A DNA stretch of 64,000 nucleotides. It comes from Myxococcota bacterium. GTDB taxonomy: Bacteria; Myxococcota_A; UBA796; UBA2385. Under the pieces are notes generated by a model that had not been told where the DNA came from, ran no database searches, and saw only the letters and a list, made by a program, of their open reading frames with translations. The stretch is taken from assembly GCA_044344255.1 (NCBI GenBank), contig JBIJDH010000010.1:1-64000 (forward strand), in the 5' to 3' direction. Of the stretch, positions 29,534 to 39,373 are shown piece by piece; position 1 is the stretch's first letter, and each line of letters starts with the position of its first letter. A program made the position numbers and the translations under genes.

Positions 29534-30769
29534 TCATCTCCGGAGGCACTCGACGATGTCGAGCCGCGCCGCGCGCCAGGCTGGGACCGCGCCAAAGAGG
29601 AGGCCGATGCTGGCCGTGGAGCCGAGGGAGAGGGCGACGCCGAGCAGGCTGTAGGTGCCCTGCCAGGACTCCACCGCCCGCGGGATGAGCGCGTTGACCC
29701 CGGTGGTCACGACCAGGGCCGCGACCACGCCCACGAGGCCACCCGTGAAGCTCAGCGTCGAGGCCTCGATCAAGAACTGGGAGAGGATGGCCCCCCGAGT
29801 GGCCCCCACCGCCCTTCGAATCCCGATCTCGCGCACCCGCTCGGTGATGCTGACGAGCATGATGTTCATCACGCCGATGCCGCCGGCGAAGAGGCTGATG
29901 CCGGCGATGAGGGCGACGATCAGGTTCAGGATCAGGAAGAAGGTATAGAACTGCTTGAGGAAGCTGCTGAAGTCGATGGACTTGAAGTCCTCCACCCCGC
30001 GGTGGTTGTTGAGCAGCGCCGCGTTGGCCATCTTCACCAGGGAGGCGTTCTTCTCGGGGTCCTCACTCAGGCCGACGAAGAAGCGGGCCTCCTCCGGCCG
30101 CCCGTCGCGCTTCTCGGCGGTGACCTGGGGGATGAAGACGGTGGTCTCCCAGGAGAAGCCGAAGTGGATGCCCATCATGTCGCGCTTCTCGAGCACGCCG
30201 ACCACCCGATAGGGCTTCCGGCCCACCAGCACCGTGCGACCGAGCACCTGAGCCGTCGACACGCCGGGATAGAGTGAGTCGGCCAGGGGCCGCGTGAGCA
30301 CCGCCACCCGCTGCTTCTGGGCGTTGTCTTCGGCGGTGATGCCGCGGCCGAACTCGGCCTCCCAATTCAGGATCTCGAGCAGCCCCTCGCGCACACCGCA
30401 GATGTCGGCCTTGGCCCGGTTGTCTGCGGTCTCCCAAATCTCTTCGCTGCCATACGTCGACTCGCTCGACACGGCAGCGACATAGGGGATCTCACGGAGG
30501 GTCTCGATGTCCCGATCGGTGAAGCCGCGGTCGTAGATCGAGCGCTCGCGTTCGGTGAGCTGGCGCCCCTCGGAGGGGATCCAGAGCACCATCCGCATGC
30601 CGCCGATCTCCTCGATGGCCCGCGACAGGGTCTTCTGGCCGGACTCTGCGAGCGACAGCATCACCACGATCGAGAAGGCCCCGATGGTCACGGAGAGCAT
30701 GGTGAGCAGGGTGCGAAAGGCGTTGCCCCGCAAGGTGCGGAGCGCCAGTCCGGCGGTCTCGAGGATCAC
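29534..30769 (-). CDS. MacB/FtsX-like ABC permease
   Basis: 'GGIGVMNIMLVSITERVREIGIRRAVGA', 'PAWRAARLD..ECLR'. Confidence 0.92.
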   Translation of the reverse strand: MILETAGLALRTLRGNAFRTLLTMLSVTIGAFSIVVMLSLAESGQKTLSRAIEEIGGMRMVLWIPSEGRQLTERERSIYDRGFTDRDIETLREIPYVAAVSSESTYGSEEIWETADNRAKADICGVREGLLEILNWEAEFGRGITAEDNAQKQRVAVLTRPLADSLYPGVSTAQVLGRTVLVGRKPYRVVGVLEKRDMMGIHFGFSWETTVFIPQVTAEKRDGRPEEARFFVGLSEDPEKNASLVKMANAALLNNHRGVEDFKSIDFSSFLKQFYTFFLILNLIVALIAGISLFAGGIGVMNIMLVSITERVREIGIRRAVGATRGAILSQFLIEASTLSFTGGLVGVVAALVVTTGVNALIPRAVESWQGTYSLLGVALSLGSTASIGLLFGAVPAWRAARLDIVECLRR

Positions 30770-30815
30770 CAGGCCACGTCCATCATGGAGCCCGAGGTCG
30801 CGGACAGGCGGCCCA

Positions 30816-31964
30816 CTAATCGCCCATGACCGAGAGGTCCTTCACTTCGGCCTCCGCGTAGAATTCCTGGCCCTCGGCCAGCCCCTCGGTGATCTCCACC
30901 GCGGCGTCGCTGCGATGGCCCACCTTCACTTCTGTCTTCTCCTTCGTCTTCTTCCCGTCCACTTCCTTGACAATATAGACGTAGGATTTGCCCTCCTCCT
31001 CGAAGACGGTCTCAGTCGGGAGCTTGAGGACACCGGGGTACTCACCGATACGGATTCGCACCTCAGCGGTCATCCCCGGCTTGATCTGCACCTTCGCCTG
31101 CGCGGGATCGACCTCAACCTTCACGGTGAAGACGTCGATGCCGCGCGAAGCGTCGGTGTGGCCAGCGGCGGCGATGCGGGTGACGCTGCCGGGGACCTCC
31201 TCACCGGGGTAGGCGTCGAGGAGGATGCGCGCGGGCTGCCCCACGGCGACCTTGGCCACGTCCACCTGATTGAGGTCAATCTCGAGCAGGAGTCGGTCCA
31301 TCTGGGCGATGGTGAGCTGCGCCGTGCCGTTGACGGTGGCGGTCATCCCCGCGGTGACCACCTCGCCGGGCTCGACGGCGCGGGTGATGACGACGCCGTC
31401 GATCGGGGCCTGGATCTGACAATAGGCGAGCCGGTCCTGGGCGGCTCGGAGCTGCACTCGGTTGCTGTCGACGTTGATACGGGCGAGCTCGAACTGGCGC
31501 TTGGCGACGTCGTACTCGGCCTCGGAGATGCCCCGGCTCTCCAGGGCCTGCGCCTTTCGTTTGGCCTCGACCTCGGCGTTGTCTCGTTCCAGCTCAGCCT
31601 GCTTCAAGCCGATGCGGGCGAGCTCGACATCCCGGGCATACTCGGTGTCGATGATCGTGTAGAGCAGATCGCCCTTCTGGACGGTCATGCCCTCGTCCAC
31701 CATCACCTCGCCCACCTCTCCGCTCACCTTGCTCTTGATGTCGACGTCGAAGCGGGGCGCGATGCGGCCGGACTCGCTCACCTCGTCGAGGAGGTCGCCC
31801 TTCTCGGCCTTTCGGATCAGGTTCTCGTCAAGGGGGCCTCCACCCTCTCCGCCGCCGAGCGAGCAGGCGATCGCCCCCGACAGGGCCAGCGCCGCGGCGA
31901 GGGAGGGCAGGGTCCAAGACAGACCCAACAGGCGAGACAAGGGATGAAACGAGGGGCGGGTCAT
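30816..31964 (-). CDS. MacA-like membrane fusion (periplasmic adaptor) lipoprotein
   Basis: Lipobox 'GAIAC'; 'SKVSGEV..V.VDEG..VQKGD', 'IQAPIDGVV', 'IKPGMTAEV'. Confidence 0.92.
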   Translation of the reverse strand: MTRPSFHPLSRLLGLSWTLPSLAAALALSGAIACSLGGGEGGGPLDENLIRKAEKGDLLDEVSESGRIAPRFDVDIKSKVSGEVGEVMVDEGMTVQKGDLLYTIIDTEYARDVELARIGLKQAELERDNAEVEAKRKAQALESRGISEAEYDVAKRQFELARINVDSNRVQLRAAQDRLAYCQIQAPIDGVVITRAVEPGEVVTAGMTATVNGTAQLTIAQMDRLLLEIDLNQVDVAKVAVGQPARILLDAYPGEEVPGSVTRIAAAGHTDASRGIDVFTVKVEVDPAQAKVQIKPGMTAEVRIRIGEYPGVLKLPTETVFEEEGKSYVYIVKEVDGKKTKEKTEVKVGHRSDAAVEITEGLAEGQEFYAEAEVKDLSVMGD

Positions 31965-33259
31965 GGGGTCCCGGGGGCGGACTGGCCGAGGAGCCAGCGA
32001 AGATCGTCCTCGGCCGTCGCGAGCTGGACCTGGAGGCTGGCCTCCTGGATACGCGCCGATCGAAAGGAAGACTGTGCGTTGAAGAGGTCGAGGATGGTCG
32101 CCGAGCCCTGACTGTACAGGTCTTGGACAATCTGGAGGTTGTCTCGGGCCAAGGCCACCTGCTGGCTCACCAGCGGCGCTCGCTCCCGGAGCTGTCGGAC
32201 CTCGGCGGCGGCGCTCTTGAGCTCCGCTTGGATGCCCGACGCGGTGGCTTGCTGTTGGGTCTCCACCTGCTGCACGCCGAGGCGCGCTTGCTGCACGGCG
32301 TCGCGCGTCTTCCAGAGATCGAAGGGGTTCCAGGTGAATTGCAGGCCGACCGAGGCGTCGGTGGAGGGCTCGGCGATGGGCGGATCGAAGGCGGGGCTGG
32401 TGGGGAGCCGCGAGGTGCCGAGGCCTGCCTCGCCAACCAGCGCCACCGTCGGCAGGGTCCCCGAACGGGCCCCCTTCACGCCGGCCTCCGCCTGGGCCGC
32501 CGAGGCCTCGGCGCGCGCCAGCTCCGGGCGGGCCTCACCGGCGCCGTCCGGGAGCTCGACCGGGCCGGACCGCGGGGCCGGGGGACCATCCGTGAGCACG
32601 ACCTCGTCGCCGGGGAGCTGCAGCAGGCGGAGGAGCTCCTGCTTCGCTCCGTAGAGGGCAGAGCGCTGCTCCACGAGGCCCGCCTGCTGAGAGAGGAGGT
32701 CTACCTCGGAGCGGTTGACGTCGATGCCCGCCGACAGGCCTGCGTCCGCCTTGGCGCGGATGATCGCCAGGGCCTGCTCCGTGACCCGCAGCCCCTCCTC
32801 GGAGGCCTCGATCTGGAGCTCGTAGCCCTTGATCGTCCAATAGGAGCGGTAGGCGGCCCGCTCGAGCTCGCGGGCGGTGATCTGACGATCCAGGCCGGCG
32901 ATGCGGGCGCTGGCGTCGGCCCGCTCGATCGCCGCGTCGATCCGCCCGCCTGCGTAGAGCGGCACCTCTCCGCGGGCGCGGGCGTCCCAGGTGGAGCTCG
33001 TCCCCTTGGTGGTGAGCCCGTCAAAGGTGCGGAAGGTGGCGGCCTCCGCGCCTGCGCTCGTGCCCAGGGTCAGGGCGAAGCGGTCGAGCCGGGCGCGGGA
33101 GGCGTCGATGCGCGCGATCTCTTCGGCAAGCGCCGCGCTGCGGGTGTCCGGGTTCCGCTCGACCGCGAGGCGCTTGACCTCTTCGAGGCTGAGGCGGGGC
33201 ACCTCGGCCGCCGAGACCGCCGCGCTGAGCCCTGCGGAGAGCAGGAGGAGCGAGATCAT
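31961..33259 (-). CDS. TolC-family outer membrane factor
   Basis: Signal peptide, 'LSLEE....AVERNP', 'PLYAGG', 'YSQGSAT.LDL.NAQ'. Confidence 0.9.
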   Translation of the reverse strand: MISLLLLSAGLSAAVSAAEVPRLSLEEVKRLAVERNPDTRSAALAEEIARIDASRARLDRFALTLGTSAGAEAATFRTFDGLTTKGTSSTWDARARGEVPLYAGGRIDAAIERADASARIAGLDRQITARELERAAYRSYWTIKGYELQIEASEEGLRVTEQALAIIRAKADAGLSAGIDVNRSEVDLLSQQAGLVEQRSALYGAKQELLRLLQLPGDEVVLTDGPPAPRSGPVELPDGAGEARPELARAEASAAQAEAGVKGARSGTLPTVALVGEAGLGTSRLPTSPAFDPPIAEPSTDASVGLQFTWNPFDLWKTRDAVQQARLGVQQVETQQQATASGIQAELKSAAAEVRQLRERAPLVSQQVALARDNLQIVQDLYSQGSATILDLFNAQSSFRSARIQEASLQVQLATAEDDLRWLLGQSAPGTP

Positions 33260-34005
33260 GGTGTCGCACCCGCCTGGGCGACCGGCATCGCCGCCCCGAG
33301 GACGAGCTTCGGGGGCCCATCGGCGACGATCCGCCCGTCCTTCACACGCACCACCCGCCCGGCCCGCGCCGCCACCTCCGCCTCGTGGGTGACGACGATG
33401 ATGGTGAGGCCAGAGGCGTTGAGCGTGTCGAGGAGGGCGAGGATCTGCTGCGTGGTGTCGCTGTCGAGCGCGCCCGTGGGCTCATCGGCGAGGAGGAGCC
33501 TCGGCTCGGTCACCAGCGCCCGCGCGATCGCCACCCGCTGCTGCTGGCCGCCGGAGAGCTCGCTCGGGCGGTGGGTCATGCGCGCGCCGAGGCCCACCTT
33601 GTCGAGCGCGGCGATCGCCCGCTTCTTCCGATCGGCAGAGCCCACCTTGGCGTAGACCAACGGCATGGCCACGTTCTCGACCGCGTCCAGGCGAGGGAGC
33701 AGGTTGAAGCTCTGAAAGACGAAGCCGATCTTCTGGTTCCGCAGCATCGAGAGCCGAGCGTCGGGCATCGTGGAGACCCGCTCGCCGTCGAGCCAATACT
33801 CACCGCTGGTGGGCCGGTCTAGGGCCCCGAGGATGTTCATCAGGGTCGACTTGCCCGACCCGGAGCTGCCGATGATGGCGCAGTACTCCCCGGCGGAGAT
33901 GGACAAGGACAGATCGTCGAGGGCGCGGAGCTCCCCTTCGCCCGACCGGTAGGTCTTGACGAGGTGCTCCGTGCAGATCAACGGTCGAGGGGCAGCTTCT
34001 TCCAT
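33256..34005 (-). CDS. MacB/LolD-type ABC ATP-binding protein
   Basis: GSSGSGKSTLMNILGALD.PTSG, 'RNQKIGFVFQSFNL', LSGGQQQ, 'ADEPTGALD'; likely start ATG 34005. Confidence 0.93.
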   Translation of the reverse strand: MEEAAPRPLICTEHLVKTYRSGEGELRALDDLSLSISAGEYCAIIGSSGSGKSTLMNILGALDRPTSGEYWLDGERVSTMPDARLSMLRNQKIGFVFQSFNLLPRLDAVENVAMPLVYAKVGSADRKKRAIAALDKVGLGARMTHRPSELSGGQQQRVAIARALVTEPRLLLADEPTGALDSDTTQQILALLDTLNASGLTIIVVTHEAEVAARAGRVVRVKDGRIVADGPPKLVLGAAMPVAQAGATP

Positions 34006-34215
34006 CCCGGCTCCGGCGAAGCCCGACCTACGGGGCCCGATGCGCCGGTATTGCACCCGCGAAGGTCGAGGCCGCAGGTCCCAGCAGGCCGTAGAGGTGT
34101 CCCCCAAAACGGTCCTGTCAAGGGGTGGGGCCGGGCGGCGAAGCAAAGTGCGCGTGAGGTGATGGACCGGGGCCGCTCGCGCGTCAACCGGCTACCCTTA
34201 CCCCCTGGAGCCCCG

Positions 34216-35049
34216 ATGTCTCACACGCCGACCGCGCCCCCTTCGCCCGCCGCCCGATCCACCCTCGGGGCCCTGCTCCCCGCCGCGATCGCAGGCGCGA
34301 CGCTCATCACCGCGCTCGCGATGCCCGGCTGCGATGTCCTCAGCAAGGGCCTCGGCTCGGTGAAGGCCCCCGGCGTGGGCCTGAACCGCGTCGATCTCGT
34401 CGATGCCCCCACCTCGCGACAGGCCATCGCTTGGTCCTGCTACGAGTGGCTGAGCTCGACCGCCTGCCAGGTGGCCGGCTTCGACGACAAGCCCACGCAG
34501 TCGCAGATGCACTTCGCCTTCGACCTCGTCTTTGACCTGACGAACGAGAACACCGATCTGCCCATCCCGCTGATCGAGTTCCTGCTCGGCCTGACCGTCA
34601 TCGAGACCGAGAACCTCGGCGCCGTCTGCGTCAGCTTCTGCGACCCCGAGGAGGAGGACTGCGAGCCCACCCGCAACGCCGAGGGGGCCTGCGTGGTGGA
34701 CGAGGAGACCACCGACGTCAATTCCGCCGATGACCTCGTGCCCTCTGTGGATGACCTCGTCGATCTCGCCGACGCCGTCCTCGACGGCGACGTCGACAAT
34801 GGCTCCTTCCGCGTCATCCCGGCGGGCGAGACCATCGAGAGCCACATCCAGTTCGACCTCCAGCCCGACACGGTCTACAATCTCGGCCGCACCCTGCTCG
34901 AACAGGCCGTCCAGGACTACATCGGCGGCGACAACGTGTCGGTAGACATCCCCTACACCGTGGAGGGCACCGCCTTCTTCGACGTGCCGGAGATGGGGCG
35001 CTACGCGGCGGGCTTCGGGCCCTTCGAGGACACCTTCCCGCTCGAGTAG
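34216..35049 (+). CDS. Hypothetical lipoprotein (LEA-2/WHy-like fold possible)
   Basis: GGAG SD; lipobox 'AMPGC'; 'FDLVFDLTNEN..PIP', 'IPYTVEGT' pattern. Confidence 0.7.
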   Translation: MSHTPTAPPSPAARSTLGALLPAAIAGATLITALAMPGCDVLSKGLGSVKAPGVGLNRVDLVDAPTSRQAIAWSCYEWLSSTACQVAGFDDKPTQSQMHFAFDLVFDLTNENTDLPIPLIEFLLGLTVIETENLGAVCVSFCDPEEEDCEPTRNAEGACVVDEETTDVNSADDLVPSVDDLVDLADAVLDGDVDNGSFRVIPAGETIESHIQFDLQPDTVYNLGRTLLEQAVQDYIGGDNVSVDIPYTVEGTAFFDVPEMGRYAAGFGPFEDTFPLE

Positions 35050-35115
35050 GATCGGAGAGTGGGCGAAGAGGGGGGTGAAACTGCGGTACGCTGTCCGCCC
35101 CACCTGGAGGTCCCT

Positions 35116-35709
35116 TTGTCGCTCTCCCTCTCTGCCCTGCTGATGTTCGGGGCGCTCGCGCACGCCGCACCGGTGGTCTCTACCACCTCCACCACCTCCA
35201 CCACGTCGGCGGTCGGCACGCTCGTCAAGCCCAAGGCCGAGCTCTGCCCGAAGGAGTGTGTGGAGGACCCCAACCAGTCCGCCTGCAAGGCCTATCTGGC
35301 GGTGTGCAGCTTCACGGTCACGGGGACCCAGGGCACCACGCTCGACAAGCTGATCGACCCAGGTGGCTCCTGCGGGAATTGCGAGCCGCCGCCGTACCTG
35401 CGCGAGCTGCTCGGCCTGACCGGGGCGAGCGGCGACTACTTCACGGTCAACACGGTGGCCCGCGTGGGCAAGCTGCAGACCGAGGTGTCCTTGGTGGTGG
35501 CCCGGAAAGGCACGCGCGCCGCCGCCAGCGGGACCGGCACCCTGTGGCTCGCTTACAGCGGGGATCTCGATCGGGACGGGGATGTCGACACCTTCGCGGG
35601 GCCGGTGACCGCCGTGTCCGGCGTGGGGATCTCCGCGCCCCTCGTCAAGCTGGTCCCCCCTGCGGCGAGCTCACGAGCCGAAACGACAGGTCGGGCCGGC
35701 GGCCGGTAG
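35116..35709 (+). CDS. Secreted hypothetical protein
   Basis: GGAGG then TTG at 35116; signal peptide ending AHA; Thr/Ser linker; Cys pairs; 3' end overlaps the convergent kinase gene. Confidence 0.6.
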   Translation: MSLSLSALLMFGALAHAAPVVSTTSTTSTTSAVGTLVKPKAELCPKECVEDPNQSACKAYLAVCSFTVTGTQGTTLDKLIDPGGSCGNCEPPPYLRELLGLTGASGDYFTVNTVARVGKLQTEVSLVVARKGTRAAASGTGTLWLAYSGDLDRDGDVDTFAGPVTAVSGVGISAPLVKLVPPAASSRAETTGRAGGR

Positions 35710-38137
35710 CCTCCCAGCTCCAGCGGGCGTCGAGGCTGCAGCGACTCGCGTGAAACACCCAGGTCCCGCCACGGAAATTCAGGCGGGCCCCGGGTGGCGC
35801 GGACACGAGCAGCCCGCTCCGATCGAGCCGGCCATCGGGGGTGATCGCGGGGCCCTCGCTGTTGAAGCGGTCCCCGCACCAGTCCGCCACGTTGCCGACG
35901 AGGCCCCGGATCCCGTAAGGACTCTCGTCCTCGGGCACGGCGGAGACGGGTACGGGGCCTCGTCGATCGGCCTCGCTCTCCCGCACCCGGCACCAGGTGG
36001 GGTCCATGTAGTCGCCCCAGGGGTAGAGGCGCCCGTCGGCCCCGCGGCCCGCCTTCTCTCGCTCCACCTCATGCGGCAGGCGGTACGGCAGGCCCGTCTT
36101 CGCCGCTCGCCACCGGGCGTAGGCCGCGGCGTCCCCCCAGGTGACCATCAGGACCGGCCAGTCGGGCTCCCAGAGCGTGCCCTCGGGGTCGGGGATGGGC
36201 TCGAAGCCGCCGTCGGCGCGCCGACCGTAGACGAGGGTGTTCGCCCCGCCCGCCTCGAAGACCCCGCGCGGGACGTGGCTCTGGGCCTCTTCCTCGCGGC
36301 CCTGGTGGACCAGATCATCGAGGAAGGCGATGTAGTCGCGGTTGGTGACGGGGTGACGGTCGACCCACAGGTCATCCACCCACACCCGCGAGGGCGGGAC
36401 GTGGTTCTCGAGGCGGGCGCCACGCCGACCGATGGCGGTCCAGCCGGCGGGGACGAAGCAGGCGCCGGGGAGCACATCGGCGAGGAGAGGCTGGTGGACC
36501 GGCCGCGGGGCAACCGCCCCCGGGGGGCGGCCGTGCCAGTGCTCGAGCCGGCCGAGCGAGAAGGGGTAGCGGACCGGGTGATGTCCCGGGGCCTCGATGC
36601 AGGCGAGCCAGCTCCCGATGGGGAGCGGGAGCTCGTGGACCGGGCCCGGCGGCAGCTCCCGATCGAGCTGAGGCACGAGGCGGCGATCGACCTCGACGAA
36701 ACGGTACAGGCGGACCGTGGCCCCTTCGCGCTCCGGCACGAGGGTGAGGGCCCCCTCACCGCGGAGGTAGGCGGCCTGCGGGCTCCGGGTCGCCCCGCCG
36801 CGCACATGCTCCATCAGCAGGGCGAGGCTCTCCGTGGCGGCGGCGCGATCTCCCACCGCCTCCGCCTGCTCGTGCGCGCGTCGGTAGTGGAGGGCGAGGC
36901 GGGCGTGGGCCTCGGGGAGGTCGGGATCCTCATTGAGGGCGCCTCGGAGGCGCTGCATCCGCTGCACCCGCGCGAGCGCGGCCTCGCGGTCGAGCGCCTC
37001 GGCCTCGGCTTCGAGCGCCCAGCCCGCCTTCTTCAGGGCGACAGGCGCCGAGGGGAGCAGCGGGCGCAGGAGCGCGTCGGCGCGGCGCCGGGCCTCCGAC
37101 GCGCCGGCGGCGAGCCGATGGACCTCGGCCTCGAGCTGATCGGCCTCCAAGACCAGGCGGACCGCGCGCTCCTGTCGATCGACGCCGTCGAGCCAGTCGC
37201 GCAGCGCCTGGGCGATCTCTCCGGCATGATCGGGCCGCAGCCGGGGGTCTACCTGGAGGGCCCGGCTGCAGAGGAGGGAGAGGCCGGGATCGACGGTGTC
37301 CGGCAGGGGATCCAAGCGCCCGAGCGCCACCCTCCGCACCACCTCCGCCGAGGAGCCAGCCACCACGGGCGGCCGCCCCACGAGCATCTCGTAGAGCAGG
37401 ACGCCGAGCGCCCAACAGTCACTCGCAGGAGAGACGAGCTCACTCCGGCCGCTCGCCTGCTCGGGGGACATGTAGGCCGGGGTGCCCGCGATCGAGCCGA
37501 AGCGTGTCTGACCCGCGGGGAACTCGGAGCGGGCGGTCTCGATGTCGGCGGCCGGCGTGAGCTTGACGAGCCCCCAGTCGAGCACCAGGACCTCGCCGAA
37601 GGGCCCGATCATCACGTTCTGGGGCTTCAAGTCGCGATGGACCACCCCGCGGGAGTGGGCGTAGGCCACCGTCTCGGCGACCCGATAGAGCAGCTCGATC
37701 TTGCGGCGGAGGGGCTGGTCTTCGTGGAGGACCTCGGCGAGGGTCTGACCCACCACCTCGCGCATCGTGAAGTAGGGCCGCCCGTCTTCGAGCTGACCGA
37801 CCTCGTGGACCGGGACGATGCCCGGGTGGGCGAGCTGCGCGGTGGCCTCGGCCTCCTCGATGAAGCGCGCCAGCGCGACCGGATCCTGCCGCGCGCGATC
37901 GACGAGGACCTTCATCGCCAGCGTGCGGCGCAGGGACGGGTCCCACACCCGCCAGACCTCGCCCATCCCCCCGCGGCCGAGCAGCCCGAGGCGCGTGAAC
38001 CGGGCGCCGTCCGGACGGACGGGGGCCTCGGGGGTCACCGGAGCGTCGGAGGGCCGCCAGGTCGCCGGTTCTTCGCCCTGAACGGTGCCCACGAGGAGCT
38101 GCTCGGTCGGCGGTGGGGTCGAGTTCGGTGACGACAT
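35645..38137 (-). CDS. Ser/Thr protein kinase fused to an FGE-sulfatase (SUMF1/EgtB/PvdO) domain
   Basis: LGRGGMGEV, AMK, HRDLKPQN, DWG, GTPAYMSPEQ; FGE motifs 'HPVTNRDY', 'RLPHEVEREKAGRG.DGR.YPWG', 'GNVADW', 'RGGTW', 'FRLV'. Confidence 0.92.
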   Translation of the reverse strand: MSSPNSTPPPTEQLLVGTVQGEEPATWRPSDAPVTPEAPVRPDGARFTRLGLLGRGGMGEVWRVWDPSLRRTLAMKVLVDRARQDPVALARFIEEAEATAQLAHPGIVPVHEVGQLEDGRPYFTMREVVGQTLAEVLHEDQPLRRKIELLYRVAETVAYAHSRGVVHRDLKPQNVMIGPFGEVLVLDWGLVKLTPAADIETARSEFPAGQTRFGSIAGTPAYMSPEQASGRSELVSPASDCWALGVLLYEMLVGRPPVVAGSSAEVVRRVALGRLDPLPDTVDPGLSLLCSRALQVDPRLRPDHAGEIAQALRDWLDGVDRQERAVRLVLEADQLEAEVHRLAAGASEARRRADALLRPLLPSAPVALKKAGWALEAEAEALDREAALARVQRMQRLRGALNEDPDLPEAHARLALHYRRAHEQAEAVGDRAAATESLALLMEHVRGGATRSPQAAYLRGEGALTLVPEREGATVRLYRFVEVDRRLVPQLDRELPPGPVHELPLPIGSWLACIEAPGHHPVRYPFSLGRLEHWHGRPPGAVAPRPVHQPLLADVLPGACFVPAGWTAIGRRGARLENHVPPSRVWVDDLWVDRHPVTNRDYIAFLDDLVHQGREEEAQSHVPRGVFEAGGANTLVYGRRADGGFEPIPDPEGTLWEPDWPVLMVTWGDAAAYARWRAAKTGLPYRLPHEVEREKAGRGADGRLYPWGDYMDPTWCRVRESEADRRGPVPVSAVPEDESPYGIRGLVGNVADWCGDRFNSEGPAITPDGRLDRSGLLVSAPPGARLNFRGGTWVFHASRCSLDARWSWEATGRRPDLSFRLVSSPQGGPA

Positions 38138-38158
38138 GGAGGGCGCTCCCCCTCCATC

Positions 38159-39079
38159 CTATCGCCCCCCGCCCGTCGACAGCGAGAAGGGGAGGTAGAG
38201 ACCCGACACGCTCACCGAGTCGGCGAATCGCCAGCTCCGAGCGCGCCGAAGCACGCAGGCCTCGAGCTCGGCGTCGCCGACGCTGTCATCGTCGAGGCGG
38301 GCCGAGGTGACACGGCCGTCCACGACGTCGAGCCCCAGCGCGATCCGCCCTTCGAGGGTGGGGCTGCGGGTCAGCGCCGAGTCGTAGCAGGACTTGACCT
38401 GCCGGCTGTACTGGCCGAGCGCGGCGCGGATCGCCGCCGACTCGCTGTCCCCCGCCCCCTCCACCGGTCCGGCCTGGGCCTGCGCGCGCGGGGCGGAGAC
38501 GGCCACCTCGCGGGTCTCGGCCTCACCCACCCTGGCCGCGCCGAGGCCATTGAGCAGGACACCGCGGGGGTCGTCGCCAGGGCGCCCGTCGCGGTAGGCC
38601 GGCGTGGCCGAGGCGACGTCTTGGTGACCCACCTCACTGAGCTCATCCTGGAGGCGCAGCAGCGCACCGTCGTCCTCGGCGAAGATGTCCAGGCCAGCGT
38701 CTCCACGACCCTCACCGCGGGTGGCGAGCAGCACATCGAGCAGGACCGAGCGCGGAGCCTCCACAGGCGCCGCCGAGACCTCTGTCGGCCGCCCGACCCT
38801 CACCACCGGCGAGGCCGCCGGCCGCGGCGGCGCCACAGCCTCGGTGACCGGCACCGGCTCCTCTCGCTGAATGGAGAAGTACATCTCGGGAGACATCAGC
38901 GAGAGGATCTTGGCCTCGGTCTCCTCCCGCGGAGGCTCGGGGACCACCGTACGGAGCACGGCGAAGGCGAAGAGCGCCCCCAGCCCCATCATCGCGGTCT
39001 GGATACCGAAGAAGAGGCGATCCTCTCCATCGACGAGATGCGGACGAAAGTCATAAAGATTCAGGAAGGTGCTCGTCAC
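38159..39079 (-). CDS. AgmX/PglI C-terminal (TonB-C-like) domain membrane protein
   Basis: One TM, Pro-rich linker, 'QVKSCYDSAL...PTLEGRI.L', 'ACVLRRARSWRF', 'LPFSL'; start estimated at GTG 39079. Confidence 0.75.
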   Translation of the reverse strand: MTSTFLNLYDFRPHLVDGEDRLFFGIQTAMMGLGALFAFAVLRTVVPEPPREETEAKILSLMSPEMYFSIQREEPVPVTEAVAPPRPAASPVVRVGRPTEVSAAPVEAPRSVLLDVLLATRGEGRGDAGLDIFAEDDGALLRLQDELSEVGHQDVASATPAYRDGRPGDDPRGVLLNGLGAARVGEAETREVAVSAPRAQAQAGPVEGAGDSESAAIRAALGQYSRQVKSCYDSALTRSPTLEGRIALGLDVVDGRVTSARLDDDSVGDAELEACVLRRARSWRFADSVSVSGLYLPFSLSTGGGR

Positions 39080-39175
39080 GGAGACACACGACGCCCCCGG
39101 CGCAGGCAGCGCGGCGGATTCCACGTACGCGCACACTCCGGGTCGAGGGCGCAGCTTCCAAGGGCGTATCGGCAC

Positions 39176-39201
39176 AGACACAGCCGTGTGGAGCCGGTTC
39201 C
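39176..39201 (-). promoter_or_regulatory. ECF sigma-type promoter candidate
   Basis: Minus strand reads GGAACC-N16-GTCT, about 100 bp upstream of the AgmX/PglI-domain gene. Confidence 0.5.
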
Positions 39202-39373
39202 CACACCCCGGCAAATTCCAAGCGCGCCCCTCCGCGCCCCCCCGCGGGAGCCCCCGACCGCGGGAATGGCTCCCCCTCGGGCCCTTGGCGGGCATCCCAC
39301 CGTGTCGATACGCGATCCCGAAACCGTAAACGGGTGTCAGACCACAGAGGATCCGATAGCAAGATCGGCGCTC

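Noticed and set aside
34006..34115. REP-like, tRNA-like or riboswitch-like look of the Mac operon leader (gtaggtcgggc.., gggtgcaatacc)
   Set aside because: No complete hairpin or cloverleaf, no second copy in the window and no recognisable aptamer
35645..35800. FGE domain C-terminus as a diversity-generating retroelement variable region
   Set aside because: No template repeat or reverse transcriptase seen in the window
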